Source of the DNA: Candidatus Hadarchaeota archaeon
GTDB lineage: Archaea; Hadarchaeota; Hadarchaeia; Hadarchaeales; JAGGTB01
Reading direction: 5' to 3'
Length of the DNA: 64,000 bases
Assembly (NCBI GenBank): GCA_964384105.1
Contig: CAYLJV010000001.1
Coordinates: 512,001-576,000, forward strand
Shown piece by piece: positions 19,155 through 29,437 of the stretch. A program made the translations under genes and the position numbers. Within the stretch, counting starts at the first letter, position 1. Each line of letters opens with the position of its first letter. Below the pieces are notes generated by a model. That model had not been told where the DNA came from, searched no databases, and saw only the letters and a list, made by a program, of their open reading frames with translations.

Positions 19155-20228
19155 TTAAATTCCTGTTAATTTTTCGTATCCTTCTTTTTTGACTAGAACC
19201 GTATCCTCAAATCTACATCCCCCAATTCCCTTTATGTAGATCCCTGGTTCTATGGTGATTACCATATTTTCTTTTAATACTTCATCTGAGGAGATAGAGA
19301 TGTTGGGTGGCTCATGAGTGTTAAGTCCTACTCCATGTCCGAGACTGTGTAAATAGTATTTTTCATAATCCTTTCTCCGGAAAACATTTCTAGCTACTCT
19401 ATCAATTTTCTTTACTTCTACTCCATCTTTAACTTGCTCTAGAGCACTTTGTTTAGCTTTTCGAGTTATTTTCATTATTTCTTTCAACTTTTTGTCGGGT
19501 GATATTCCAAAAGTGCGAGTCATATCTGACTTATAACCCCTCCATTTGGCTCCGAGATCTATAGTTACTAGCCCGGATTCTCTCAGTCTTTTGTTTGTGG
19601 CCTCAGTATGGGGGAACCAAGACGTTTCTCCTGAGGCTATGATGGTATCAAAGGCAGTACCTTCTGAGCCAAGTTTTCTCATCTCGTATTCAATTTCAGC
19701 AGCAATTTCTATTTCTGTATATCCAGGTTCTATTATTTCCGCAGCCTTTCTCATTCCCTGTGTAGCAATTTCTCCAGCTTTTTTAATTCGGCTTATCTCT
19801 TCGAGGGTTTTGGTTTTTCGTAAAGTTTTGATTAATTCAGATTCGTTTCTGTATTTTGCTTTGTATGTTTTTTTGATTTTTTGTAATGTTTTGTTTCTTA
19901 GATTATCAAAACCGACTGTTTTTACTCTAAGTTCACTTAGAATTTCGGAAATCGCTTTGCTGAATTCACCAAAAATAATTTCTTCACAGTCTCTGAGAGG
20001 TGTATCTAGGTCAGTATAAGCTCGGATATCCTCTATTTCACTTTCTTTTTTTGTTCGATCTAAATCTAGTCTACTACAAACTAGGACTATTTTTTCGTGA
20101 GTCACGATAACCGCAACAGGAGTGGGTGTGTCTGAAAGATAGCGGGCGTTTTCAATAGCTAGAAAGGAATCTAGATTCTTTTCGACCATCTTTTTCCGTA
20201 ACTGTGAGATTTTCATATTGCTCTTCAC
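19155..20228 (-). CDS. pepQ: Xaa-Pro peptidase (M24 family)
   Basis: IDLGA, SDMTRT, HSLGHGVGL..HEPP, TIEPGIY, GCRFED. Confidence 0.88.
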   Translation of the reverse strand: MKSNMKISQLRKKMVEKNLDSFLAIENARYLSDTPTPVAVIVTHEKIVLVCSRLDLDRTKKESEIEDIRAYTDLDTPLRDCEEIIFGEFSKAISEILSELRVKTVGFDNLRNKTLQKIKKTYKAKYRNESELIKTLRKTKTLEEISRIKKAGEIATQGMRKAAEIIEPGYTEIEIAAEIEYEMRKLGSEGTAFDTIIASGETSWFPHTEATNKRLRESGLVTIDLGAKWRGYKSDMTRTFGISPDKKLKEIMKITRKAKQSALEQVKDGVEVKKIDRVARNVFRRKDYEKYYLHSLGHGVGLNTHEPPNISISSDEVLKENMVITIEPGIYIKGIGGCRFEDTVLVKKEGYEKLTGI

Positions 20229-20327
20229 AAAATATGGAGGACAGGCTAAAAGAGCTTTTTATTTCTTAACTGGCAAATCAATTGCTACAAACGAAAGCTT
20301 TTTTCTTCTTTAAATTTTCCTGTTTCT

Positions 20328-21431
20328 ATGATGAGTTCCATTGAAGATAAAATAAAGGAAATTGAGGAGGAAATTAGAAATACCCCCTACAATAAGGCTA
20401 CAGAGCAACATATAGGCCGATTAAAAGCAAAGCTGGCTAAGTTAAAAGAAGAGAAGATCAGCAAGTCTAAGAAGAGTGGTGGCGGAAAAGGTTATGATAT
20501 AGAAAAATCGGGGGATGCTACCGTTATATTGGGTGGATTTCCTTCTGTAGGAAAATCCACTATTCTCAACTCTTTGACTAATGCAGATTCCGAAGTCGCA
20601 GATTATGAGTTTACTACCCTCAAAGTCATACCAGGGACACTAAAGTATAAGGGTGCTAATATTCAGATTTTGGATGTCCCAGGAATCATATCAGGGGCGG
20701 CAGAAGGGAGGGGTAGAGGAAGGGAGGTTATCTCGGTTCTGAGAAATGCAGACCTCTTAGTCATTATTATGGACCCCTTCGACATTGATCAGTATGAAAA
20801 AGTCAAAGAAGAACTTCATAAATCTGGAATTCGACTTAATCAAAGTCCTCCGAAAGTAGAGATTAGAAAGAGGGGCAGCGGAGGTCTCGACATCAATTCT
20901 ACGGTTAAATTAGATATTGGAGAATCTGAAATGAAGTCTATATTGAACGAAAATGGGATTATAAATGCGGAAGTTTTAATCCGGGAAAATCTTAATTCCG
21001 AACGTTTTATTGATGCGGTTATGGGAAATCGGAGGTATGTTCCTGGTTTTGTAATCGTAAATAAAGTGGATTTGTTAGATAACGTTCAGTTAAGAGAACT
21101 AAAAAATGAAGTAAATGAAAAAATCGAGGAGGATGCCTTATATGTTTCAGCTAGGTTCGATGAATTGGATTCAATCAAGGAAAAAATATTTTCCGAGTTA
21201 AATTTTATAAGAATTTATCTCAAACCGAGGGGTAAGCAGCCAGACATGGATGAACCTATGATTTTACGAGATGGAGCAACTATAGAGGACCTTTGCAGAA
21301 AAATTCATAGAGATATGGTGGATTCATTTAGGCACGCCCGAGTTTGGGGTAAATCTGCTAAACATCCCGGTCAGAAGTTGGGGAAAGAACACGAGCTTGA
21401 AGATGGGGATATTGTTACTGTCTTTTCTTGA
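20328..21431 (+). CDS. drg: DRG/OBG-family GTPase with TGS domain
   Basis: NKATEQHIG.LKAKLA, GFPSVGKS, YEFTT, DVPG, NKVD, VWGKSAKH. Confidence 0.93.
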   Translation: MMSSIEDKIKEIEEEIRNTPYNKATEQHIGRLKAKLAKLKEEKISKSKKSGGGKGYDIEKSGDATVILGGFPSVGKSTILNSLTNADSEVADYEFTTLKVIPGTLKYKGANIQILDVPGIISGAAEGRGRGREVISVLRNADLLVIIMDPFDIDQYEKVKEELHKSGIRLNQSPPKVEIRKRGSGGLDINSTVKLDIGESEMKSILNENGIINAEVLIRENLNSERFIDAVMGNRRYVPGFVIVNKVDLLDNVQLRELKNEVNEKIEEDALYVSARFDELDSIKEKIFSELNFIRIYLKPRGKQPDMDEPMILRDGATIEDLCRKIHRDMVDSFRHARVWGKSAKHPGQKLGKEHELEDGDIVTVFS

Positions 21432-21450
21432 AGATTTTTAATATCAGAAA

Positions 21451-21912
21451 TCAAGAGGTGAGTATTACTGCTGCTACAGAGGCACCATTTTTCTTGACAG
21501 TGTGTTCTACTGCTGCGGTGTCTATCCGGTCTATTTTTAGATTCCTACTCTCCATCATGTTTTTTAGGATTGATTTCGCCTTTACCTTAGCTTCTTCTTT
21601 TGTAATTTTTTTTCCAGTGAATTCGGAAATTAGACCATGGGATCCCTTGCTTTTAGCAACTGCAATAGCTGCCGATATTTTTTCGTCCCTATTAGAACTA
21701 GATATTTTAGCTATTGCTACTGGTACTATAGTTCCAGGCTCTATTTCTGTTAATTCCGAGATTTCGCAATCAGCAGGTAATACACTTGATACCTCTACTA
21801 GGTTTAGGTTACCTATTCCTGCCTCTAAAAGGGCATTGTCTATTGCTTCTAATTCTGTTTCACCTTCCCCGGTTCCGCAGATCAACGAAGCTTTTTTTGG
21901 TATCAGCTGCAT
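21451..21912 (-). CDS. pdaD: Pyruvoyl-dependent arginine decarboxylase
   Basis: DNALLEAGIGNLNLVEVSSVLP, containing the SS self-cleavage site. Confidence 0.85.
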   Translation of the reverse strand: MQLIPKKASLICGTGEGETELEAIDNALLEAGIGNLNLVEVSSVLPADCEISELTEIEPGTIVPVAIAKISSSNRDEKISAAIAVAKSKGSHGLISEFTGKKITKEEAKVKAKSILKNMMESRNLKIDRIDTAAVEHTVKKNGASVAAVILTS

Positions 21913-21976
21913 TTTGTTTCTCCAGTTTAGTTTCTAGTGAGTAATTTTATTCTCCCTTTTAATAATTATTATTTGC

Positions 21977-22537
21977 ATGGAGCAAAAATTGTGGAAGAGA
22001 AAGAAAGAACTAATGACTCTTTATAACTCGACTGCTGGTGGCTATGATCGTAGATACAGGGAGCTTCAGAAGTACAAGTTTGAGGAGATCAGAAAATATG
22101 TAGTTGATTCTGCTAGGATTCTAGATGTAGGATGTGGTACGGGATTAGCTCTCGAAACTATTTTCAACGAAAAGAAATTTGTTGTGGGTGTGGATTTTTC
22201 TATAGAGATGTTGAAAAGGGCTAATGGGTCTTTTGACGAAAGGCCTTTCGTGGTAGCAGATGCCGATAATTTGCCTTTTAGAGAAGAGAGTTTTGATTTA
22301 GTGATTTCTTTTACTCTTTTACAGAATATGCCGGAGCCTAAGAAGACAGTTTCAGAAATGAATCGAGTGGTGAGTCCTGGGGGGAAAGTAATAGCTACAG
22401 TATTAAAGAAAAAATATTCCCCAGATATTGTGAGAAGCTGGTTCAAGTCTGCAGGATTAGACATATTGGATTATGGGGAAATAACTAATAGTGAGGATGT
22501 ATTTTGTATAGGTACAAAGGGAAATTCTAATTTGTAG
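21977..22537 (+). CDS. Class I SAM-dependent methyltransferase
   Basis: ILDVGCGTG, GVDFS, ADADNLPF..ESFD. Confidence 0.85.
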   Translation: MEQKLWKRKKELMTLYNSTAGGYDRRYRELQKYKFEEIRKYVVDSARILDVGCGTGLALETIFNEKKFVVGVDFSIEMLKRANGSFDERPFVVADADNLPFREESFDLVISFTLLQNMPEPKKTVSEMNRVVSPGGKVIATVLKKKYSPDIVRSWFKSAGLDILDYGEITNSEDVFCIGTKGNSNL

Positions 22538-22551
22538 GATTAAGAGTTATT

Positions 22552-23088
22552 ATGACAACAGCAGTTTTGATTATTGATATGATCAAAGATTTTGTGACCG
22601 GGAAATTTGAGAATGAGAGGGCGAAAAGAGTTGTTCCGAATATTGCATCTTTAATAGAGGTAGCTCGAGATAGAAATAAGCCGATAATATATGTCACCGA
22701 TTCGCATCCGGAGGGGGATCATGAGTTCGGCATATGGGGACAACATGCTGTTTCGGGATCTAAAGGTTCAGAGGTGGTCCCCGATTTGGAGCCAATGGAG
22801 GATGATTATAAGTTAAAGAAGATTAAATACAGTGCATTCTATGAGACTGAACTTGATTCTATTTTAAATAATTTAGAGGTTGACGAAGTTGTTCTAACAG
22901 GGGTTTTGACCCACATTTGCATACAACATACAGCAGCAGATGCATTTTATAGGGGCTATCAAATAACCATTCCAAAAGAGTGTGTTGATGATGTTTCCGA
23001 AGAAGCTAATCAGAGAGCGATCGAATTTATCAAAGAAAATTATGGGGCAAGAATTATAGATTTGGACGAACTTATCGAGGAATGGTAG
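22552..23088 (+). CDS. pncA: Nicotinamidase (isochorismatase family)
   Basis: IIDMIKDF, DSH, WGQH, KYSAF, GVLTHIC. Directly upstream of pncB. Confidence 0.8.
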   Translation: MTTAVLIIDMIKDFVTGKFENERAKRVVPNIASLIEVARDRNKPIIYVTDSHPEGDHEFGIWGQHAVSGSKGSEVVPDLEPMEDDYKLKKIKYSAFYETELDSILNNLEVDEVVLTGVLTHICIQHTAADAFYRGYQITIPKECVDDVSEEANQRAIEFIKENYGARIIDLDELIEEW

Positions 23089-23091
23089 AAT

Positions 23092-24282
23092 ATGAGTAGA
23101 TTTCATATTGCTTCGGAAGATGAGATTAAGTCCGGAAAAACGACTGATATCTATTTCAAAAGAACTGAACAAGTTTTGGAAGCCGAAGGTTTAACCGATA
23201 GAAAAGTAGTAGCGGAAGTTACTTTGTCGTCTTTACCTGATGAGTGGGAATGGGCAGTGTTTGCAGGTGTTGACGAGTTTGCTTCTCTTTTTGAAGATGT
23301 TCCCGTGAATGTTTGGTCTTTACCAGAAGGTACTGTTTTTAGTCCTTATGACTTGAGTGGAGTTAGAGTTCCTCTTTTGGTTATAGAGGGGGCTTACCAC
23401 AGCTTTTGTACTTTAGAGACGCCAATGCTTGGTTTCCTTTGTCAGGCTTCAGGAGTTGCGACTAGATCCGCTCGTGTTAGGAAGATAGTGGGGGATAAGA
23501 ATACCCTTGCTTTCGGAATAAGAAGAATTCACCCTGCCATCTGTCCTATGCTGGATAGAGCGGCGTATATCGGGGGTTTTGATGATGTTTCTAGCATTGC
23601 GGGTGCGAAAGAAATCGGGAAGGAACCGGTTGGCACTATGCCCCACGCTTTAATAATAACTTTTGGGGATCAGGTTGAGGCTTGGAAAGCTTTTGATAAG
23701 CATACTCCAAAAGACGTTCCAAGGATTGCGCTTGTTGATACGTATTCTGATGAAAAAGAAGAGGCCGTGAAGGCTGCTGAGGCCTTAAAAGATAAGCTAG
23801 AAGGGGTAAGATTGGATACTCCCGGTTCACGAAAAGGACGGTTCGCTGAGCTGGTCAGAGAAGTGAGGTGGGAGCTAGATGCGAGGGGTTTCGAACACGT
23901 TGATATCTATGTCTCTGGTGGTTTGAACGAGGACAACATACCGGAGCTTCTGAAGGCTGGAGCGGAGGGATTTGGAGTAGGAACTTCAATTACAAATGCA
24001 CCGGTTCTTAATTTGGCTATGGATATTGTCGAAGTTGAAGGAAAACCGGCTGCTAAAAGGGGTAAATTGAGCTGTAAAAAAGATGTTTGGCGCTGTAAAG
24101 ATTGTTTTGGCACGGTAGTTAAACTGTCAGGTTCAGAAAAACCTGAATGTCCAGAGTGCGGTGGAGGAACCGAGAAAGCGTTAGTACCTTTAATAGAAAA
24201 GGGTAAAATTGTCCGTGATTTACCTTCGCCGGATGAGATAAGGGATAAGGTTTTGGGGCAACTTGAAGCGTTTGACTTGTGA
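23092..24282 (+). CDS. pncB: Nicotinate phosphoribosyltransferase with C-terminal Zn ribbon
   Basis: TDIYF, FGIRR, GTMPH, LVDTY, VRLDTPGSR, SGGL, FGVGT, CxxC..CxxC. Confidence 0.92.
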   Translation: MSRFHIASEDEIKSGKTTDIYFKRTEQVLEAEGLTDRKVVAEVTLSSLPDEWEWAVFAGVDEFASLFEDVPVNVWSLPEGTVFSPYDLSGVRVPLLVIEGAYHSFCTLETPMLGFLCQASGVATRSARVRKIVGDKNTLAFGIRRIHPAICPMLDRAAYIGGFDDVSSIAGAKEIGKEPVGTMPHALIITFGDQVEAWKAFDKHTPKDVPRIALVDTYSDEKEEAVKAAEALKDKLEGVRLDTPGSRKGRFAELVREVRWELDARGFEHVDIYVSGGLNEDNIPELLKAGAEGFGVGTSITNAPVLNLAMDIVEVEGKPAAKRGKLSCKKDVWRCKDCFGTVVKLSGSEKPECPECGGGTEKALVPLIEKGKIVRDLPSPDEIRDKVLGQLEAFDL

Positions 24283-24422
24283 AATAAGATCTTTTCCCCA
24301 GCTTTATTTGAAATACTCGATTTTATGAACTTTGATAAATACGATTCAGTTTATATTTTTTAATATTGAAACCAAGTGGACTAATAAAGTAAAAGGCCTC
24401 AGGCAGAAGTAGCCAAATTAAG

Positions 24423-24929
24423 GTGTTCAATGCAATGGAGAAATACAATAAAGTTGTGGTTGGCGGAACATTTGATTTTTTGCATGATGGACATAAAGCG
24501 GTTCTGAGCAAAGCTTTTGAGGTTGGAGATAAGGTTTTAATAGGTATAGTTTCCGGTCATTTAGAGCTAAGAAAGGACTGTGCGGGGATTCAATCTCTCC
24601 AACACCGAATGGAAAAATTGAAGAGTTTTTTAAGGGCTAGAGGCTGGATCGATAGAGCTGAATTAGAGATTATTTCTGATCCGTTAGGGTCTACAGGGGT
24701 AGATGGAGAGCTTGAGGCTATTGTTATTACAGAGGAAACTAGGCTGGGGGCAGATCAGGTGAATAAATATAGAAACGAAAAAGGTCTTGAAGAATTGGAA
24801 GTTGTTGAAGTACCTATTGTCTATGCTGACGATTGCCGCCCAATCTCTTCGATTAGGATTAGGTACGGGGAAATTGACGTTCATGGTAACTTAAAAAAAG
24901 ATGAAAAAGAAGTTTTAGTGGCAGATTAA
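24423..24929 (+). CDS. coaD: Phosphopantetheine adenylyltransferase (archaeal type)
   Basis: VGGTFDFLHDGH, ITEET, ISSIRIR.GEID. Confidence 0.9.
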   Translation: MFNAMEKYNKVVVGGTFDFLHDGHKAVLSKAFEVGDKVLIGIVSGHLELRKDCAGIQSLQHRMEKLKSFLRARGWIDRAELEIISDPLGSTGVDGELEAIVITEETRLGADQVNKYRNEKGLEELEVVEVPIVYADDCRPISSIRIRYGEIDVHGNLKKDEKEVLVAD

Positions 24930-25005
24930 TTTTTATTTTCTAAAAATCAAGCTTTTTAGACAAATTTTTAAGTATAGTAGAGTTTTCCTTTTTTAAGGTG
25001 GTACT

Positions 25006-26214
25006 TTGCATCCTTCAAAGGATATCATTGGAGCTAAGAACAATTGTTTAAAAGATCTTAAGATAGCTCTTGGGATCACAGGAAGCGTAGCGGCTATAAG
25101 ATGTCCGGATATAGCCCGTTCCCTAATGCGAGAGGGTGCGGAGGTTAGAGTAGTAATGTCTAAAAGTGCTACTCAAATGATTACTCCAGAAATGATGCAT
25201 TGGGCTACGGGAAATGAAGTTCTCTCTGAGCTTACTGGTTCACTTGAGCATGTTGAGCTAGCTAAATGGGCGGATGTTGTTGTAATGGCCCCTTCTACAG
25301 CTAATACTATTGGAAAAATAGCCAATGGGATCGATGATACCCCACCCACTTCTGTTGTTTCAGTTGCTCAAGGTTTAGGGAAGCCAATAGCTTTGGTTCC
25401 TGCTATGCACAGTTCGATGTATTCCCATGATATTATTCAGAAGAATATTACTTATCTTGAGAAGGTAGGATTTAGGATTCTTGAACCTAAGTTTGAGGAA
25501 GAGAAGGCTAAGGTACCTCCCGTAGAAGAAATTGTAGACTTTATAAAGTCTACTCCTTACCCGGCGAATCTGAAGGGTAAAAGGATTCTAGTTACAGCAG
25601 GGCCTACTATAGGGCGGTTAGATCCGGTTCGGTTCTTAACTAATAAAAGCTCTGGGAAAATGGGTATTTCTATAGCTCGTTTGGCCTCCAACAGAGGGGC
25701 GGATGTTACTCTGATTTATGGAGAGGGCACCGAACCCGAGCCAACGGGAGTTAATACAATAAGAGTTGAGACTACCGAAGAAATGTTTGATAGAGTTGTT
25801 GAAGAACTTGAGAATCATTATGATCTTATTGTTGCTGCTGCTGCACCCCAGGATTTTGCTCCGGAAAAGAGTTTTGAGAAGAAAATAAGAAGAGGGGAGT
25901 CTCTAGATGTCAAGCTCTTGCCGACTCCAGGGATTTTAGAGAAAGCTGCTGAAGTGTCTTCGAATTCTTACTTAGTGGGATTCAAAGCGGAATGTAATGT
26001 GACCGATGGGGAGTTGATAGAAGCGGCTAGAGCGAAGATGGAAGAATGTAATTTGGATTTGATAGTAGCGAACGATGTTATGAGAGAAGGAGCTGGGTTT
26101 GGTACTGATACTAATGAAGTTATTCTTTGTTCATCTGATGGCACTGAACATATTAAAGCTACTAAATTTGAAATAGCTAACTCTATACTCGATAGATATC
26201 TGCAAGATCTTTGA
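25006..26214 (+). CDS. coaBC: Bifunctional PPC decarboxylase/PPC synthetase
   Basis: GITGSVAA, EHVEL, APSTANT, TAGPT..LDPVRFLTNKSSGKMG, VGFKAE, VAND. Confidence 0.93.
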   Translation: MHPSKDIIGAKNNCLKDLKIALGITGSVAAIRCPDIARSLMREGAEVRVVMSKSATQMITPEMMHWATGNEVLSELTGSLEHVELAKWADVVVMAPSTANTIGKIANGIDDTPPTSVVSVAQGLGKPIALVPAMHSSMYSHDIIQKNITYLEKVGFRILEPKFEEEKAKVPPVEEIVDFIKSTPYPANLKGKRILVTAGPTIGRLDPVRFLTNKSSGKMGISIARLASNRGADVTLIYGEGTEPEPTGVNTIRVETTEEMFDRVVEELENHYDLIVAAAAPQDFAPEKSFEKKIRRGESLDVKLLPTPGILEKAAEVSSNSYLVGFKAECNVTDGELIEAARAKMEECNLDLIVANDVMREGAGFGTDTNEVILCSSDGTEHIKATKFEIANSILDRYLQDL

Positions 26215-26224
26215 GGAGACTATA

Positions 26225-27130
26225 ATGGCAACCTCGGAAGTATTCGTTCCAGGCCATATTTCGGGTTTTTTTCAAGTCCATAGATCTAACAACCTAAGTC
26301 GTGTTGGTTCTAGAAATTGTGGTCCTTGTATAGATGCAGGGGTTCATACTAAAACTCGAGCCGAAGAAAGCGATTTCACTGATATAGAAATTACTATAAA
26401 TGGCCAGAAGAGAGAAGCTGATTCCACCAAAATGGGGGTGGAAGAGTTGTTAAAAGTGTCTGGTAGGAAGGCCAATATCAAAATTGAGCATTCTGTCAAA
26501 GCTCCGATCGGGGCAGGTTATGGAATGAGTGGTGCGGGAACTCTTGGAGCAGTACTTTCTCTTTCAAATGCTTTGGCTTTGGATATTGGAGCGGATAGGA
26601 TACTATCAATTGCCCATAGGGCTGAAGTTGCTTGCAAATCGGGTCTTGGTGATGTAGGCCCGCAGATGATGGGGGGATTTATCATAGGATTGGAGGCTGG
26701 TGGTCCTCCCTTTGGTAAGTGGAAGAGTATGAAAGTAAGTGAGGATATTAAATTTGTTTGTGGAACCTCAGGTCTTTTGCCTACTTCGGATTTTCTAGAT
26801 AATGATTCTTTTATGAAAAGATCTATTTCCCTTGGGGGAACTGCTCTGAAGAATTTACTATCTGATCCAAATCTCAGAAGTTTTATGAGGGTTTCAAAGG
26901 ACTTTGCTTTGGATTTAAATATATTTGAAGAAGATTTTATCGAAGTTCTCGAAGATATCTCTATAAACAGTCCTCTGGGAGCTAGTGCTGTAATGCTTGG
27001 GCGAGCTATTTTTGCTCCGGTCAAACCATCAGAAGTAGAGGCCATAAAAGAATTATTCCTTGATTATTTTGACCATCGGTCGGTCTTTGTTACCTCGGTA
27101 GATTTCAAGGGAGCAAGAATTTTACCATAA
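26225..27130 (+). CDS. Pantoate kinase (GHMP family)
   Basis: FVPGHISGFF, PIGAGYGMSGA, AH.AEV..KSGLGDV. Located in the CoA cluster. Confidence 0.88.
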   Translation: MATSEVFVPGHISGFFQVHRSNNLSRVGSRNCGPCIDAGVHTKTRAEESDFTDIEITINGQKREADSTKMGVEELLKVSGRKANIKIEHSVKAPIGAGYGMSGAGTLGAVLSLSNALALDIGADRILSIAHRAEVACKSGLGDVGPQMMGGFIIGLEAGGPPFGKWKSMKVSEDIKFVCGTSGLLPTSDFLDNDSFMKRSISLGGTALKNLLSDPNLRSFMRVSKDFALDLNIFEEDFIEVLEDISINSPLGASAVMLGRAIFAPVKPSEVEAIKELFLDYFDHRSVFVTSVDFKGARILP

Positions 27131-27297
27131 CTCTTTTCTATGTTTTCAGAAGAAAAATTGTGCTAATATGTAGCCGATTATGAACACAATTATGAGTTTT
27201 AATATCTCTTTTCTTGACATTTTGATGCCTTTATGGATTGATAAGGGTTAGCGCATCTGAGCTTTTAAAGAGTCCGTTTTGTGATAATGAGGATATA

Positions 27298-27834
27298 TTA
27301 GTAGTATTTTTCTCCGTAAACATTTTCATAAGTTATTTCCTCTAAGTCTCTTTTTTTTGGGGCTTTCGGTTGTTGAACGGGTTTCCCTATGGGGATAAGA
27401 GCTAGTGCCCTAACTTTTTCAGGGCCTTCTATAATTTTTTCGACCACCCCCTCGTCGTATGCACCTATCCAACAAGTTGCGTAACCAAGAGACTTGGCCG
27501 CTAGATGGATGTTTTGAATTGAAGCTGCTGTATCCTGGATTATGTACAGCTCGGATCCCCTTTTACCATATCTTTTGCTAGTCCGAGGAATGTTCGCACA
27601 GACAACTACTACGACTGGAGCCTCTGCTATGAAAGATTGACCATGAGCCGCTTTGACTAATTTTTCTTTTATATCTTGATTCGTAATTACCACGAGTTCT
27701 AGGGGTTGCATGTTGCCAGCGGATGGGGCCATTCGGGCTGCATCGAGTATTTTCTTTAAATCTTCTTCAGGTACTGGATCTGGCTTATATTTTCTGACAC
27801 TTCGTCTTTCCTTTATAGCGTCCAATACATCCAT
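27298..27834 (-). CDS. Nitroreductase-family flavoprotein
   Basis: RRSVRKY, APSAGNMQP, LAAKSLGYATCWIG. Confidence 0.9.
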   Translation of the reverse strand: MDVLDAIKERRSVRKYKPDPVPEEDLKKILDAARMAPSAGNMQPLELVVITNQDIKEKLVKAAHGQSFIAEAPVVVVVCANIPRTSKRYGKRGSELYIIQDTAASIQNIHLAAKSLGYATCWIGAYDEGVVEKIIEGPEKVRALALIPIGKPVQQPKAPKKRDLEEITYENVYGEKYY

Positions 27835-27883
27835 TTTATCAGTTTGTTTTATACATTAGAGTTCTATATACCTTGTTGAGAAA

Positions 27884-28132
27884 ATGGGAAGTGCTGATAT
27901 CGATTGGATTGTCGAAAAGGCATCTGAGTTACTTGCGGACAAGGTTGAGGATGGTCCGTTGAAAGAGGAAGATATAAGACTTGCCTATGAAATGTTCGCT
28001 GAACCTCGATTGAGCAAAATTTCTGATTCGTTTTCCGATGAAGACGAATACACAGAGGCAACGAACGAGATTAGAGTCAGGCTTCACGAAATAGCAAATG
28101 AATTAAATGAAAATAGATGGGGTAGAGAATAA
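27884..28132 (+). CDS. Small acidic helical hypothetical protein
   Basis: Clean 82-aa ORF with host-like composition and no recognised motif. Confidence 0.6.
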   Translation: MGSADIDWIVEKASELLADKVEDGPLKEEDIRLAYEMFAEPRLSKISDSFSDEDEYTEATNEIRVRLHEIANELNENRWGRE

Positions 28133-28149
28133 AGGCGCTGATTGGGGTC

Positions 28150-28353
28150 TTATAGAGGTACTGCCCCTCCGGGATTTCCTAAGATCAACCAGTAGAATAG
28201 GAATATACAGACAGCGACTATTGCGAACATTCCACCGCTCCACTTTTTAGCTTGGGCTTTCCATGAGATATAGCCAAAAAGTCCTGCTGCGGCGATTATA
28301 GCAGCTAGGATAATCCCAAAGATTATTCTTAAAGCCCACATCCACCAGACCAA
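28150..28353 (-). CDS. Small two-TM membrane protein
   Basis: Two hydrophobic helices. AAGGTG Shine-Dalgarno upstream. Confidence 0.6.
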   Translation of the reverse strand: MVWWMWALRIIFGIILAAIIAAAGLFGYISWKAQAKKWSGGMFAIVAVCIFLFYWLILGNPGGAVPL

Positions 28354-28942
28354 TTTAACACCTTAATTTCCTTAATTTTTAGATATAAAAATATTGGCTC
28401 CGTAAAAAGTAGTACTTTTTGCCGATTTGATTGTTCGAAACTTGTTTTTCGGTTATTTTCTAATCCTTAAGTTGTTTTCTCCTTTATTATCTCTTATTTT
28501 TATTCTAAAATTCTCTTTGTTTTTCAGCTTGAGAACTTTTTATTTCATAACAACATCCGCCGGATTTCTTGGTACATCAATAACAAATTTTGTGGAAAGG
28601 ATTGAATTATCTGAAAAGACTGTCCTCGTTAGAAATAGGGATAATACGGATGAGGTAAGCAAGCCGGAAAAAACTGAATCGAGCAGATGTAAAATCCTTT
28701 GAAATAAAAGAATATCCCTATCAGCTCGAAAAAGAGAAAACTACTGGTGGTGGTCGAGGATGGTAAAAGACGAAACTAGCATCGCTTTTGCAAAAACATG
28801 AAAAGATCGGAAAGTGGGGGATTTACCTACTTTGACTAAGTTTTGAGTTTGTTGATGGAGTTTAAGAATGGAAGGTTGAATAAATATGACCAAGGTTTAT
28901 ACTAGGAACTAACTTACATGAAGGGAATAGCAAAGGTTAAAC

Positions 28943-29437
28943 ATGTTAGAAAGAGTAGAGAGAAGTCAACTCAATTGGATAATCGGTGGCTTAGCAATTT
29001 TAGTAGTGGTTGCATTTGTCGCAGGTTCCTTTTTCGGTGGTGGTTTAGCAGATGAGTTCAGAAATGATGAATCACCGACGGGTGGGGATATAGAAATAGG
29101 AGAAGAAGTATCAGAGGATGAAATAAAACAAAATGCCCAATCGTTTATGGATTTACAATTGGCACAGACGAGGCGGCAGTTAGAAATGATAGTGGACCAG
29201 AGCGAGAATATCTCCGAAGATGATGTCTACATCGATGCATCGATCGATGATGTGTCATCGTCAGAGTTCGGTTCGTTATATAACGTGACTGTATCGATAA
29301 CTGGAACTATGCCTTCCCAAACAGGTGGACTTGAGGATATCGATCAAGAACAGAGCCTATTCATCTCTGAAGACGGACGATATGTTTTCCAAGAGCCAAT
29401 AGATTTGGAGCAGGATTTAGGGCAATCGCAACAATAA
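28943..29437 (+). CDS. Membrane-anchored, very acidic exported protein with a DsbC N-terminal-like motif
   Basis: N-terminal TM helix. GSLYNVTV and LFISEDGRYVF..PIDL segments. Confidence 0.7.
   Translation: MLERVERSQLNWIIGGLAILVVVAFVAGSFFGGGLADEFRNDESPTGGDIEIGEEVSEDEIKQNAQSFMDLQLAQTRRQLEMIVDQSENISEDDVYIDASIDDVSSSEFGSLYNVTVSITGTMPSQTGGLEDIDQEQSLFISEDGRYVFQEPIDLEQDLGQSQQ

Noticed and set aside
21428-21937. 169-aa plus-strand ORF, and similar long antisense ORFs (e.g. 4452-4949, 26518-27045, 48525-49058, 60605-61096)
   Set aside because: These are antisense shadows of well-supported genes, with Ser/Phe/Ile-rich composition and no motifs.
25006-25560. CoaC domain lacks the LACG cysteine clamp and has PAMH instead of PAMN
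   Set aside because: This is a known trait of archaeal CoaBC proteins, not evidence of inactivation or novelty.
28427-28702. 91-aa ORF in the spacer
   Set aside because: Phe/Leu-rich translation of T-rich DNA with a TTG start, no Shine-Dalgarno and no motif. Probably spurious.
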